64,000 nt of DNA from a phage. Of the stretch, positions 17,947 to 27,740 are shown one piece after another. How positions within the stretch are numbered: the first letter of the stretch is position 1; every line of letters begins with the position of its first letter. A model generated the notes under the pieces. The model had not been told where the DNA came from and ran no database searches. It saw only the letters and a program-made list of their open reading frames with translations. Made by a program: the position numbers and the translations under genes. The DNA is taken from the sequence record NC_135728.1; one strand, given 5' to 3'.

Positions 17947-20258
17947 TCACCAAGGTAATTAAAAGCAACGGATGTGAAGTGGCATTCGATCCAGAACGTT
18001 TAAATAAGGCAGCTATTTTCGGTGACGACGGTAACGGCAATTGGTCACACATTGCACTGGATGCATACAAACGACTGTATGATGGATGTACGACCAAAGA
18101 AGTTAACCAAGCTATCATAGACTCCTGTGTTAGCCGTAAAGACGAAGCACATTCCCGTATGGCTGGTCGTGTTCTTATTGGTCAGATTTATAAAGAGGCT
18201 TTTGGAGGGTTTACAAAGATCCCTTCATTACCATCATTTTACAATACCATGGTTGAGAAAGGGTATTGGGAGGATATGGGTTATAGCTTTACCGAGCTAA
18301 ATACTTTAGGCGCTGTTATTGACCACAGTAAAGATCTCGGTTACGGCTATGCAGTCCTTAAACAGTTTCGCGACAAATACGGGATCAAGGATACTCTTAA
18401 AGACACCCTGTTTGAATCTCCCCAGATGATGTTTATGGGGATAGCAATGGCTGTCATGAAGAATATGCCGAAAGAACGTCGTATCAACGATGTTGTAAAA
18501 TTATACACTTATCTGTCCGACTTAAAGATCAATGCCCCGACACCGTACTTAAACGGGCTGCGCACAGGTAAGACAGGGTATGCATCTTGTTGTGTAATAA
18601 AAGCTGACGATACAGCAAAATCTATTGGTGTGGCACGTGAAGTTGCGTACACTATGACGGTTAACCAAGCAGGTATCGGCTACTATTTATCATCAAGATC
18701 TGCAGGCGATGGTGTTCGTGGTAACACTATTAAACACATGGGTAAGATTCCATATTATCGAGGTATTGATGCTGGGGTTAAGGAGAACAGACAACAATCA
18801 CGTGGCGGTTCTGCAACAGTATCATTCCTTGCACTGGATCCGCAGATTGATGAGCTAATCCGTTTGAGAAACCCTATGACTGTTGCTTCAAAAAGAATCA
18901 ACACCATGGACTACTCTATAGGTATTAACAGGTCGTTTATCAACCGTGTGGCTAAGAATTTAGATTGGATGCTTGTTTCTTATAAGCACGCGCCTCAACT
19001 GCATGAGGGTATCTTCACCATGTCTATGGAGGAGTTTGATGCAGAGGTTGATCGTATCGCTAAAGATGACAGTATTCCTAAAACATGGATCCGAGCTAGA
19101 GATCTTGCTGTTGAGCTGATCACGCAGCGTACTGAGGTGGGAAGACTGTACGTATACTGGACAGATGAGATGAATAGACATACACCTTTTAAAGATGTGA
19201 TCTATTCAAGTAACCTGTGTGCAGAAATAGCCCTCCCGACAAAAGGCTATTCAGATATGCGTAATATCTTCAAGTACGATGCTGATGATGGCGAGGTTGC
19301 ATTGTGCTTCCTGTCATCTCTTGTAGCTGGAAGGGTTACCCCAGAGGAGTATGAGGATGTTGCATATTACACGGTGCTTATGATTGACAATGTTATGGAA
19401 ATCATGACATATCCGTATGAAAATATGGAGAGCACTGTTAAAAAACGCAGATCCATCGGGGTTGGCCTTACCAACGTTGCACATTTTATTGCCAGCCATA
19501 AGGTTACTTACGGATCTCCTGAAAGTAAACAGCTTGTTCACGATCTTGCAGAACTTCACAGCTACAGCTTGCATAAGGCAAGTTTACGGTTGGCAAAAGA
19601 GCGTGGTGTCTGCGAGTGGATGCATAAAACAAAATATCCAGAAGGTTGGTTACCAATCGACACCTATAACAAAGAGGTCGATAGCGTGGTGAAAGATCCT
19701 TCTCTTAAACAGGATTGGGAAGGGTTACGTAAAGAAATCATTGAAAATGGTGGGCTACGTAATAGCGTTCTTGAAGCATATATGCCTAATGAAAGCTCTT
19801 CGCTGGCAACAAACACCACTAACGGGGTTTATCCTGTCCGTGAGCACATTATCTTTAAAAAATCGCCACAAGGGCAGGTGCTGTTTATCGTTCCTGAATA
19901 CGATGAGCTGAAAGAGTATTACACTTCGGCTTGGGACGTTGATACTAACGACATGATCGATATGTATGCTGTGATTCAAAAATTCACAGGCCAGGCAATC
20001 AGCGCGGATTTATACATAGACTACACCAAGTTGAAAGATGGTAAAATTTCAATGAAGGAGCAGCTAGGGTACCTTATCCGTGCCACTAAATTCGGGATGA
20101 AGACATGGTATTATTTAAACTCCAGGGTTGGTGCTGGTGACTCCTTGGCAGAGGAACTTCATGCCAAGAAACAAGCTGAAGATGAAACCAGAAAGAACTA
20201 TCCTTTGATTGCAGATAGTTCAGTTGAAGATCCGTATTGCGAAAGCTGTGCATTGTAA
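17943..20258 (+). CDS. nrdA: ribonucleotide reductase class I large subunit
   Basis: N-terminus ITKVIKSNGCEVAFDPERL (cf. T4 NrdA), active-site NLCAEIALP, C-terminal CESC; TTG start after GGAGGAAG. Confidence 0.9.
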   Translation: MITKVIKSNGCEVAFDPERLNKAAIFGDDGNGNWSHIALDAYKRLYDGCTTKEVNQAIIDSCVSRKDEAHSRMAGRVLIGQIYKEAFGGFTKIPSLPSFYNTMVEKGYWEDMGYSFTELNTLGAVIDHSKDLGYGYAVLKQFRDKYGIKDTLKDTLFESPQMMFMGIAMAVMKNMPKERRINDVVKLYTYLSDLKINAPTPYLNGLRTGKTGYASCCVIKADDTAKSIGVAREVAYTMTVNQAGIGYYLSSRSAGDGVRGNTIKHMGKIPYYRGIDAGVKENRQQSRGGSATVSFLALDPQIDELIRLRNPMTVASKRINTMDYSIGINRSFINRVAKNLDWMLVSYKHAPQLHEGIFTMSMEEFDAEVDRIAKDDSIPKTWIRARDLAVELITQRTEVGRLYVYWTDEMNRHTPFKDVIYSSNLCAEIALPTKGYSDMRNIFKYDADDGEVALCFLSSLVAGRVTPEEYEDVAYYTVLMIDNVMEIMTYPYENMESTVKKRRSIGVGLTNVAHFIASHKVTYGSPESKQLVHDLAELHSYSLHKASLRLAKERGVCEWMHKTKYPEGWLPIDTYNKEVDSVVKDPSLKQDWEGLRKEIIENGGLRNSVLEAYMPNESSSLATNTTNGVYPVREHIIFKKSPQGQVLFIVPEYDELKEYYTSAWDVDTNDMIDMYAVIQKFTGQAISADLYIDYTKLKDGKISMKEQLGYLIRATKFGMKTWYYLNSRVGAGDSLAEELHAKKQAEDETRKNYPLIADSSVEDPYCESCAL

Positions 20259-20264
20259 TTTTAA

Positions 20265-20281
20265 AGGGGCTTCGGCCCCTG
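20265..20281 (+). terminator. hairpin after nrdA (weak terminator or attenuator)
   Basis: AGGGGC-TTCG-GCCCCT with only a short U tract. Confidence 0.3.
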
Positions 20282-20297
20282 TCTTAGAGGTAGAATA

Positions 20298-21386
20298 ATG
20301 GCTGTATTTAATGCTGAGAACACTGCTCATAAAACTGGTGACTATCCGCTGTTTTTAGGACAGCAAATGGGTATGTACGACTCTATTAACAAAAAATATC
20401 CACAACTGTTCGAACTGTACAAAAAACAAAAAGAACAAGACTGGGCAGAGGATGAAGTGGATTTGTCGCAATCTATTTCAGATTTTGTAACATGCTCCAA
20501 GTCAACTTATGACGTGATGGTGCAGACCTTGATGTGGCAATGGGAGGCTGATAGCGTTGCGGCAAGATCGATCATCTGCCTCTTTTCACCATTCATCACT
20601 AATAGTGAGCTTTTCACTCTATTGATGAAACAGTCAGAGATTGAAGTTCTTCACGCACTAACCTACTCAGAGATTGTTAGACAATGCCTTCCTAATGCTC
20701 GGGAGATTATAGAAGAGATTCAGGAAAACCAGAACGTACTGAGCAGATCTGGAGTTATTGTCAAATACATGCAAGAGCTTGAGGTTATTGGTGCAAAATA
20801 TCGACTGGATCCTTTTAGTGTTGAAGAAGATACTGTGCGGAAATGCATTCTTAGAGCGCTTTTTGCACTTTTAGCTCTAGAAAGTATTGAGTTTATTGCA
20901 AGTTTTGCATGCACTTTCGCAGTAGCTGAACAGGGTATTTTTGTTCAGGTGGCACAGCTTGTTCAAAAAATCATGCTTGACGAAATGCTACATTCGAAAG
21001 GTGATTTTGCCATCATTGATATCCTGCTTAATGATCCAGCATGGGAGAAAAGCTTCCTTGAGATAAAGGGAGAGTTAAAAGAGATTCTTGATGAAGTACG
21101 GACCAAGGAGTACGGTTGGAGTGACTATATTTTCAGCGAAGGAAGAGCGATTATAGGTCTTAACTCACCGTTGCTTAAAGAATGGGTTGACTATAACTGC
21201 TCACCGATTTATGATTACTACGACATCGACAAAGACTTTGTGCCGCCAACAAAGGACCCGCTACCGTTTATGCAGGTGTGGATGAAACCTTCATTGCAAC
21301 AGACGGCTAACCAGGAAATGTCGAACACCGACTACCGAGTCAACACAACTGTTAACGACGCTGAAGAAGAAATTTGGGAGTTTTAA
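20298..21386 (+). CDS. nrdB: ribonucleotide reductase class I small subunit
   Basis: Ferritin-like segment LLALESIEFIASFACTFA; position after nrdA. Confidence 0.85.
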   Translation: MAVFNAENTAHKTGDYPLFLGQQMGMYDSINKKYPQLFELYKKQKEQDWAEDEVDLSQSISDFVTCSKSTYDVMVQTLMWQWEADSVAARSIICLFSPFITNSELFTLLMKQSEIEVLHALTYSEIVRQCLPNAREIIEEIQENQNVLSRSGVIVKYMQELEVIGAKYRLDPFSVEEDTVRKCILRALFALLALESIEFIASFACTFAVAEQGIFVQVAQLVQKIMLDEMLHSKGDFAIIDILLNDPAWEKSFLEIKGELKEILDEVRTKEYGWSDYIFSEGRAIIGLNSPLLKEWVDYNCSPIYDYYDIDKDFVPPTKDPLPFMQVWMKPSLQQTANQEMSNTDYRVNTTVNDAEEEIWEF

Positions 21387-21389
21387 TAT

Positions 21390-21668
21390 ATGAGCTGTGA
21401 AAAATCTTTTTTCTTTATTATTTACGGTAAAGATAACTGCCCACATTGTGTAAGAGCAAAAGAATTTGCAGTCAGTAAAGGTCTGCCTTTTGTATATAAG
21501 ACACTTGGAGAGGGATACACAAAAGAAGAGCTTATTGAGAAGTGTAGTCCAATCGTCCCAAGAACGTTACCGCAGATCTTCTTAGAAAGCGATCTTGATA
21601 GTGTCCATGTAGGTGGTGCCGACGATTTCATCTCTTTTGTTAAGAATGATTTTGGAGAGAAAAAGTGA
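21390..21668 (+). CDS. glutaredoxin-like redoxin (NrdH/NrdC-type)
   Basis: CPHC active site near N-terminus. Confidence 0.7.
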   Translation: MSCEKSFFFIIYGKDNCPHCVRAKEFAVSKGLPFVYKTLGEGYTKEELIEKCSPIVPRTLPQIFLESDLDSVHVGGADDFISFVKNDFGEKK

Positions 21669-23788
21669 AAGTTGTAAAACGGGACGGTAGAGAAGAGGTC
21701 TATAACGGAATTAAGGTGATCAAGGCGGCAGAGTCCGCCTTACTTGAGTCTGGACATACTGAAGAAGAAGCTTACCGGATCGCCTGCGCGGTTAATGAAG
21801 TTGTTGCTAACAATCTACCAACCGACCAGTGCACGATCTCTGTAAAAAATATCCATATCCTTGTTGAAGACGCTCTTATGGATATGGGTTTAAAATGTGC
21901 AGCCAGAGAATACATCCAGTATAGGCAGACAAGAGATAATAACAGAGAGGCAGGTGGAAAACTGCTTGCAGATATTAGTGGCTTCTTGGATCGCACTTGT
22001 GATGAATTTACAAAAGAAAACGCAAATAAGCCTACCAACCATGTACACACTCATCGTGACCTGCTTGCAGGCATCCTTAGCAAACACCTTGCATCAACAC
22101 AGATCCTGCCAGACCGTGTCTCCGAAGAGCACAATAAAGGCTTCATCCATGTGCATGATCTTGATTATTTGATCAGTCCGTTAACAAACTGTTGTTTGGT
22201 AAATTATCCAGATATGCTGGAAAACGGATTCAACATTGGTAACGCCCATGTCAGTAAGCCGAAGTCAATAGGGGTTGCAACAACAATCCTTAGCCAAATC
22301 TCTAGTGCGGTAGCTAGTGCTCAATATGGCGGTCAGACTATGAGCCATATTGATCATTATCTGGCACAGTATGCTGAAGCAACCTATGAGAAGAACCTTA
22401 AATTTTGCCAGGAACATTGGTTGCCAGATGCTGAGACTGTTGCAATGCAAATGACAGATAAAGACGTATTTGACAGCATGCAGACTTTGCTCTATCAAAT
22501 CAATACGTTAACTTCTGTCAACGGGCAAACTCCATTCATTACATTAAGTTTGGGTCTGGACACCTCAGTATTTGGTAGAATGATTACCAAAAACTACTTG
22601 AAAGTCCACAAAATGGGTCTTGGTGAAGAACGTATCACACCTGTGTTCCCTAAAGTGCTGTTCTTCCTAGAAGAGGGTGTCAACATGAACCCTGGAGATC
22701 CTAACTATGATTTGAAACGATTAGCTCTGGAATGCTCTGCAGAGCGGATTTATCCTGACTTTGTTTCTGTTCCACTAAATCGTAAAGTGACAGGCTCGAC
22801 AGATGGCAAAGTAACGAGCATGGGTTGCCGGAGTTTTCTTAGCAAATACAATGACTTGGAAACAGGTGAGGAGAAATACCTCGGCAGATTCAATTTGGGT
22901 GTTGTTAGTCTTAACCTACCAATGATTGCGGCAAAAGCTAAGACGGAAGGTGTTGATTTCTTTGCCGTTCTTGACGAATACCTGGATCTTGCATACGAGG
23001 CTCACCTTGTAAGGGTTAACCGTCTAAAAGGAACAAAGGCAGGGCAGAACCCTATCATGTGGTGTGAAGGTGCTCTTGCTCGCCTGGATCCTGAAGAGAG
23101 TATTGATAAACTCTTCTATGACGGGTACGCTTCCATCAGTATTGGGTATATTGGTGTGTATGAAACCTGTCAGATTTTGGGCAGGGAGGGTGACAAGGCT
23201 TTAGCTCTTGGAATACTTCAGCACATGAGAGATGCTTGCGAGCGATACAAGAAGGAAAGTAGACTAGCGTTTAGCTTGTACGGCACCCCTTCTGAGAGTC
23301 TATGCTATAAAGCTGCAACCTGTCTGGATCGTGAATATCCTGAAGTGTTGAAGCACGAGCATGAATATCTCACCAACAGTTTCCATCAGCCAGTGTGGAT
23401 CAATAGCTCTCCTTTTGATAAGTGGGAATATGAGGAAGGTTTTGCTATGATCTCCTCTGGTGGCAACATCGGGTACGTAGAGACACCAAATCTGAAAAAC
23501 AACTTAGATGCTTTAGAGGCTCTTGTTGACTTCGGGTATAAACACATTATGTATTTTGGTATTAACCAACCTGTGGATAAATGTCTCAAGTGTGGTTTCT
23601 CTGGTGAGTTCAGTGCAACAGCTAAAGGCTTTGTATGCCCAGAGTGTGGAAACCATGAAGAGGGAACGATCAGTGTGATCAGACGTGTATCCGGGTACCT
23701 GTCTAGTCCAAACTCCCGTCCTTACAATAAAGGTAAGCAAGCGGAAGTTATCGAGCGGGTTAAGCACTATGGAAGTTGTAGTTGCTGA
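21665..23788 (+). CDS. nrdD: anaerobic ribonucleoside-triphosphate reductase
   Basis: ATP-cone-like N-terminus, C-terminal zinc ribbon CLKCGF...CPECG and glycyl-radical motif RRVSGYL; GTG start overlapping upstream stop. Confidence 0.9.
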   Translation: MKVVKRDGREEVYNGIKVIKAAESALLESGHTEEEAYRIACAVNEVVANNLPTDQCTISVKNIHILVEDALMDMGLKCAAREYIQYRQTRDNNREAGGKLLADISGFLDRTCDEFTKENANKPTNHVHTHRDLLAGILSKHLASTQILPDRVSEEHNKGFIHVHDLDYLISPLTNCCLVNYPDMLENGFNIGNAHVSKPKSIGVATTILSQISSAVASAQYGGQTMSHIDHYLAQYAEATYEKNLKFCQEHWLPDAETVAMQMTDKDVFDSMQTLLYQINTLTSVNGQTPFITLSLGLDTSVFGRMITKNYLKVHKMGLGEERITPVFPKVLFFLEEGVNMNPGDPNYDLKRLALECSAERIYPDFVSVPLNRKVTGSTDGKVTSMGCRSFLSKYNDLETGEEKYLGRFNLGVVSLNLPMIAAKAKTEGVDFFAVLDEYLDLAYEAHLVRVNRLKGTKAGQNPIMWCEGALARLDPEESIDKLFYDGYASISIGYIGVYETCQILGREGDKALALGILQHMRDACERYKKESRLAFSLYGTPSESLCYKAATCLDREYPEVLKHEHEYLTNSFHQPVWINSSPFDKWEYEEGFAMISSGGNIGYVETPNLKNNLDALEALVDFGYKHIMYFGINQPVDKCLKCGFSGEFSATAKGFVCPECGNHEEGTISVIRRVSGYLSSPNSRPYNKGKQAEVIERVKHYGSCSC

Positions 23789-23791
23789 TAC

Positions 23792-23821
23792 TTGACAAAA
23801 GCCACAAGGATGTGGCATATT
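23792..23821 (+). promoter_or_regulatory. sigma70-like promoter with palindromic spacer
   Basis: TTGACA then CCACAAGGATGTGG in the spacer; weak -10 (CATATT). Confidence 0.35.
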
Positions 23822-23851
23822 ATTGACACACAGTGAGCTAGGAGGTACAGT

Positions 23852-23968
23852 ATGTCTAAAGGTATTTATAAAATTTGCAAGTGTGGTTGTCGTTGCAATC
23901 TTCGTTGGTGCAAGGCACTTGATGATTTTATTTGGCATTGCCCTGAATGCGATGCGGAGTACTTATAA
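23852..23968 (+). CDS. small cysteine-rich (zinc-ribbon-like) protein, 38 aa
   Basis: AGGAGGT RBS; MSKGIYKICKCGCRCNLRWCKALDDFIWHCPECDAEYL; shorter than track threshold. Confidence 0.4.
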   Translation: MSKGIYKICKCGCRCNLRWCKALDDFIWHCPECDAEYL

Positions 23969-24119
23969 GCATAAGGGGTCGAAATGCGGAAATCTATCAA
24001 GAAAATCAAGATAAGATTGTTGGTACTGAAGCGTAAGTATAAAAAGTTATACGGCTTCATTAAATGGACTTTTATAGGTTTATCTTGAATAGAAGCACAC
24101 CACAGAAGAGAGGTTCCTT

Positions 24120-24356
24120 ATGATAGGTGTCTGTGTAAAAGCTAACAGATGGTTTACATTCGGTAAGGATTACGAAATTATCTTTCATTCGGACAGAGCC
24201 ACAACAGTAGAAAGCGATGATGGGTGCTACTGGTTCGTTAGTTACCATGGTGATGGGTATTATAGATCTACTGATTCCAGAGGGGAAGAAGCTGTTTTCT
24301 TAGATAGAGCTTATTGTGGGCCTGAATATCCCTACCTCAAAGAGGATAAGGAATGA
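24120..24356 (+). CDS. hypothetical protein
   Basis: GAGAGG RBS. Confidence 0.5.
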   Translation: MIGVCVKANRWFTFGKDYEIIFHSDRATTVESDDGCYWFVSYHGDGYYRSTDSRGEEAVFLDRAYCGPEYPYLKEDKE

Positions 24357-24826
24357 ATGTTGTTAATATTATAGAGTGTAGCATGGTTGACGGCCCAGGC
24401 ATTAGGACAACGGTGTTCTGTTCTGGTTGCCCACATCACTGTGTCGGTTGCCAAAACAAAAGTGTTTGGTCACCAGCTAAAGGTGAACCGTTAACAAATG
24501 ACACTATTGAGAGTATACTTCACTCTATAGAGCCGAAACATATTACTGGCGTTACATTATGCGGTGGCGAACCTTTAGCGCCTTACAATATCGATGGTAT
24601 GTACTCGATCATTCGCGCTATCCGTGAACGCTTCGGCAACACAAAAACTATCTGGGTGTACACAGGGTATTTGTTTGAAGAGGTTCCCGATCACATTAAA
24701 GATAGTGTCGATTACATTATGGATGGTAAGTACGAAAAAGATAACCCTACCAAAAAAACCTTCAGAGGTAGTGATAACCAAAGAATGTTTAAAAAGGTAG
24801 CAGGCGGTTGGGTTCAGGTTGACTAA
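24353..24826 (+). CDS. nrdG: anaerobic ribonucleotide reductase activating protein (radical SAM)
   Basis: CPHHCVGC (CxxxCxxC) near N-terminus; ATGA overlap with upstream gene. Confidence 0.85.
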   Translation: MNVVNIIECSMVDGPGIRTTVFCSGCPHHCVGCQNKSVWSPAKGEPLTNDTIESILHSIEPKHITGVTLCGGEPLAPYNIDGMYSIIRAIRERFGNTKTIWVYTGYLFEEVPDHIKDSVDYIMDGKYEKDNPTKKTFRGSDNQRMFKKVAGGWVQVD

Positions 24827-24829
24827 TTG

Positions 24830-24859
24830 TTGACAAAGCTTTGTTAAGTTGGTTATAAT
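24830..24859 (+). promoter_or_regulatory. sigma70-like promoter TTGACA-18-TATAAT
   Basis: Consensus hexamers, followed by a GGAGGTG RBS. Confidence 0.6.
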
Positions 24860-24882
24860 TAGGAAAGCAGAGGAGGTGCCAA

Positions 24883-24996
24883 ATGGCTAAAAAAGCCTTG
24901 AAGAAGGCGTACAAAAAAGAAATTGCGCTTGAGCTTAAGAAAAAACACAAGCGTGAAAAGAAACATCATGAGGATGAAGAGGGGGTGCAACAGTGA
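24883..24996 (+). CDS. small lysine-rich protein, 37 aa
   Basis: GGAGGTG RBS; stop overlaps GTG start of next gene (GTGA). Confidence 0.35.
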   Translation: MAKKALKKAYKKEIALELKKKHKREKKHHEDEEGVQQ

Positions 24997-25343
24997 CACA
25001 AGAACGTATCGATTTGGCTAATAAGTTTGTAGATCTCATTTTGCCACGGTTAGTTACTCAACATGCAGACGCTATTTCTACTAATCTTGATGGCTTACGC
25101 CTAATGCTGAATCGCACAGATGACCCTCGTATTCGGGCTGATTTAGAAGCCTCTGCCAACAAACTGGAAAAGTTCTTGCAAGTAGACACGCAAGAAGCCT
25201 TACACAAGATTATGGTGGAAGGTTTCTCTAAAGAATTTACCATTAAAGAGCTTAAGGAGCTGATCCACCAAGAAGAGATGAATATCCGAGTTCAGGCTGT
25301 TGCAAGCAGCATGGAAGCGGCTATTGAAAAACTGTTGCAGTAA
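24993..25343 (+). CDS. hypothetical protein
   Basis: Track ORF, GTG start after GAGGGGG. Confidence 0.5.
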   Translation: MTQERIDLANKFVDLILPRLVTQHADAISTNLDGLRLMLNRTDDPRIRADLEASANKLEKFLQVDTQEALHKIMVEGFSKEFTIKELKELIHQEEMNIRVQAVASSMEAAIEKLLQ

Positions 25344-25381
25344 AAGTACTTGACACATCTCAATCTGAAAGGAGTCCCAAC

Positions 25382-26170
25382 ATGGGTCGAGCTAAAGAAA
25401 CAAAACGCATGCGTGATGAAGCTAGAGAGGCTCGCAAATCTGATCGCCTGCGTAAGGCTGCTGAGAAATTTGCTGACGAACGAGAGCACACAGCTCCAGC
25501 TCTCCGACCAATGAATAAAAAGCAGCAAAAGTATCTTGATTATCTAGGGTCACGTAAGATTATTATTGTAAACGGTGTGTTTGGATCCGGTAAGACATTC
25601 ATGGCATCTGCATATGCAGGTGATCTTCTGCGTAAGAACGAGATTGATAAGATCATTGTTGCACGTCCTTACGTTCAGACAGGAAAGACTTCAGGATTTA
25701 AACCTGGAAATGCAATGCAGAAACTGTGGCCCTATCTTAGAAGCATGATGGACACGATTTGTCGTCGTGTTGGCAAAGGTGCTTTTGCCGCAATGCTGGG
25801 AGACGGTCAGAACAGCCGTATCGAGATTTGTGAGGTTGAAAGCATTCGTGGTCGTAGTTTCGATGAGCGATGCTTTGTCCTGATTGACGAGGCACAGCAA
25901 ACTAACCCTGAAGAAATGTTGTCAATTATCACAAGGATCTCTGATCAGGCCACTCTTGTAATTATGGGAGATAATAGTCAACGTGACATCCCTGGTAAAT
26001 CTGGCCTTGCATGGGTGACAGATTTCTTTACTCGTCATCCAGATCCTGAGGTTGGAATGATCAGCTTTGATAGTCCAGACGATGTCGTTCGTTCCGGGTT
26101 GGGTCGTCAGATTGCACTCAATCTTATTGAGGATCGTGCAAATCATATTTGGACCCCTGTTTCCGAGTAA
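25382..26170 (+). CDS. phoH: PhoH-like ATPase
   Basis: Walker A GVFGSGKTFMA, Walker B LIDEAQQ; AAGGAG RBS. Confidence 0.85.
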   Translation: MGRAKETKRMRDEAREARKSDRLRKAAEKFADEREHTAPALRPMNKKQQKYLDYLGSRKIIIVNGVFGSGKTFMASAYAGDLLRKNEIDKIIVARPYVQTGKTSGFKPGNAMQKLWPYLRSMMDTICRRVGKGAFAAMLGDGQNSRIEICEVESIRGRSFDERCFVLIDEAQQTNPEEMLSIITRISDQATLVIMGDNSQRDIPGKSGLAWVTDFFTRHPDPEVGMISFDSPDDVVRSGLGRQIALNLIEDRANHIWTPVSE

Positions 26171-26214
26171 CACAGAAGGGTGGTTATTCCACCCTTAGAT
26201 ATCTAAAACAGTTG

Positions 26215-26243
26215 TTGACAAATAGGTAAGCTTTAGATATTAT
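26215..26243 (+). promoter_or_regulatory. sigma70-like promoter TTGACA-17-TATTAT
   Basis: Preceded by GGGTGG-TTATT-CCACCC hairpin after phoH. Confidence 0.45.
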
Positions 26244-26268
26244 TATCGGACAAGGAGAAGGAGATAGT

Positions 26269-26580
26269 ATGGCTACAGTACAAGAGAAACTGAATAAAAT
26301 ATACTGCCTGTTTGTCTATAACGGCGAGACAATTCTGGCATATAAAGGATCCAAGAATGTATGGATCAAGGACAGTGGTGGTAATATAATCAACTTAGCG
26401 TTGCTACGTGAGCGCCGACACAGATTCTTTATCGAGTCTCGGATTATTGAAAGCAGCACCTGCTACAGAACAGGCGATAAAGTAATTGTTGACAATGATA
26501 CGTGGTATGTGGTAGACTGGCAATCATTGAGCTGTGATGCTTCTGACAATCGTAAGTATTCTATAGTGATTGCTAAATAA
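26269..26580 (+). CDS. hypothetical protein
   Basis: AAGGAGA RBS. Confidence 0.5.
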   Translation: MATVQEKLNKIYCLFVYNGETILAYKGSKNVWIKDSGGNIINLALLRERRHRFFIESRIIESSTCYRTGDKVIVDNDTWYVVDWQSLSCDASDNRKYSIVIAK

Positions 26581-26639
26581 AGGTAAATGTGAATCAGGTT
26601 TAATAAATAGCTTTCAACTTCCAATATTAAGGATTTCTC

Positions 26640-27689
26640 ATGAATTTAACACCTCGCAGCACCATGGTACACGGCATGAAAGAAAAACAGAACGGTTTCG
26701 AACCTATGAGTAATAAAATGTTTGGTATGCCAGGTGGTATTATGGAAACATACAGCTACCCAACACCAGTTGTTGACCACGTTCTTTATATCGACGATTT
26801 GGAAGACTTACAAGATCATATGTCTCGTCTACAGACGATCCGTATGGCTCAGCCGGAAGAAAGCATTCGGGTGATCATCAATAGCCCTGGGGGTTGCGTG
26901 CACATTGCAATGGCTTATCTGCAGGCATTCCGTGAGTCTCAGGCAAGCGTTGTTGCACATGCTGAAGGGATGTGCTGCTCTGCGGGAACAATCTTATGGC
27001 TGGGTTGCAAAGAGCGCACTGTTGCTCCGGACACAGAGTTTATGTTCCACTACTACCAAGGTGGCACCTATGGTAACGGTGTGAACATGAATACCCAGAT
27101 CAACTACTGGAAGAAACGTTTTGAACGCCTGATCGAAAAATACTACGGTGGGGTGTTAACAGAAGATGAGATCGCATCCATCACAGCTGGCGGTGAAGTG
27201 TGGTTAGATGGAGAAGAGCTGGCATCTAGAACTGGTGCTATCATTCTGGACGATGAAAACATTCAGCGCATTCAGAATGGACAGAAACCGAAAAAGCTTT
27301 TGGCAAAAAGTGATGAAGAAGGTGTGCTAGGCGAAGCAGGCCTGCCAGAGATTCACCAATGCACATCTCTGGACGAGCTGGTTCATGCTGTTGAGTCTGC
27401 AAAAGCAAATGGTATGAAAGATGATGTTCACACTGTGTTCCTGAATCTGCAGATGGAAAGTGGCGAGACAGTCAGGATCGCCCTGGGTGAAATTACTTCA
27501 GAAGATCTGCAGCGATTCTCTGTCGTCGAACTTCAGGATATTCTGTCTCAATTGAAGACTACTCTGAACGGCGGTGAAGAGGTTAAGGTGAAAGACAAGA
27601 CCCGCAAGCGTCTGATGGACAATATCATTAAAACAGCAAAAGAGCTCAATGAAAAAATCCTGGGTTCAGGAATTGTCGAAGAAGCTTAA
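26640..27689 (+). CDS. ClpP-like (S14-type) serine peptidase domain protein with C-terminal extension
   Basis: INSPGGCVHIAMAYLQAF and GMCCSAGTIL resemble the ClpP core and nucleophile region. Confidence 0.5.
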   Translation: MNLTPRSTMVHGMKEKQNGFEPMSNKMFGMPGGIMETYSYPTPVVDHVLYIDDLEDLQDHMSRLQTIRMAQPEESIRVIINSPGGCVHIAMAYLQAFRESQASVVAHAEGMCCSAGTILWLGCKERTVAPDTEFMFHYYQGGTYGNGVNMNTQINYWKKRFERLIEKYYGGVLTEDEIASITAGGEVWLDGEELASRTGAIILDDENIQRIQNGQKPKKLLAKSDEEGVLGEAGLPEIHQCTSLDELVHAVESAKANGMKDDVHTVFLNLQMESGETVRIALGEITSEDLQRFSVVELQDILSQLKTTLNGGEEVKVKDKTRKRLMDNIIKTAKELNEKILGSGIVEEA

Positions 27690-27702
27690 ACATTAATTCT
27701 AA

Positions 27703-27725
27703 AGCCCTCTTCGGAGGGCTTTTAT
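27703..27725 (+). terminator. rho-independent terminator
   Basis: AGCCCTC-TTCG-GAGGGCT followed by TTTT. Confidence 0.7.
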
Positions 27726-27740
27726 GATCTGGAGATTTGC

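Noticed and set aside
17943-23788. Inteins or introns in nrdA, nrdB or nrdD
   Set aside because: Protein lengths (771, 362, 707 aa) and continuous conserved motifs are as expected for uninterrupted genes; no in-frame insertions or frame breaks seen.
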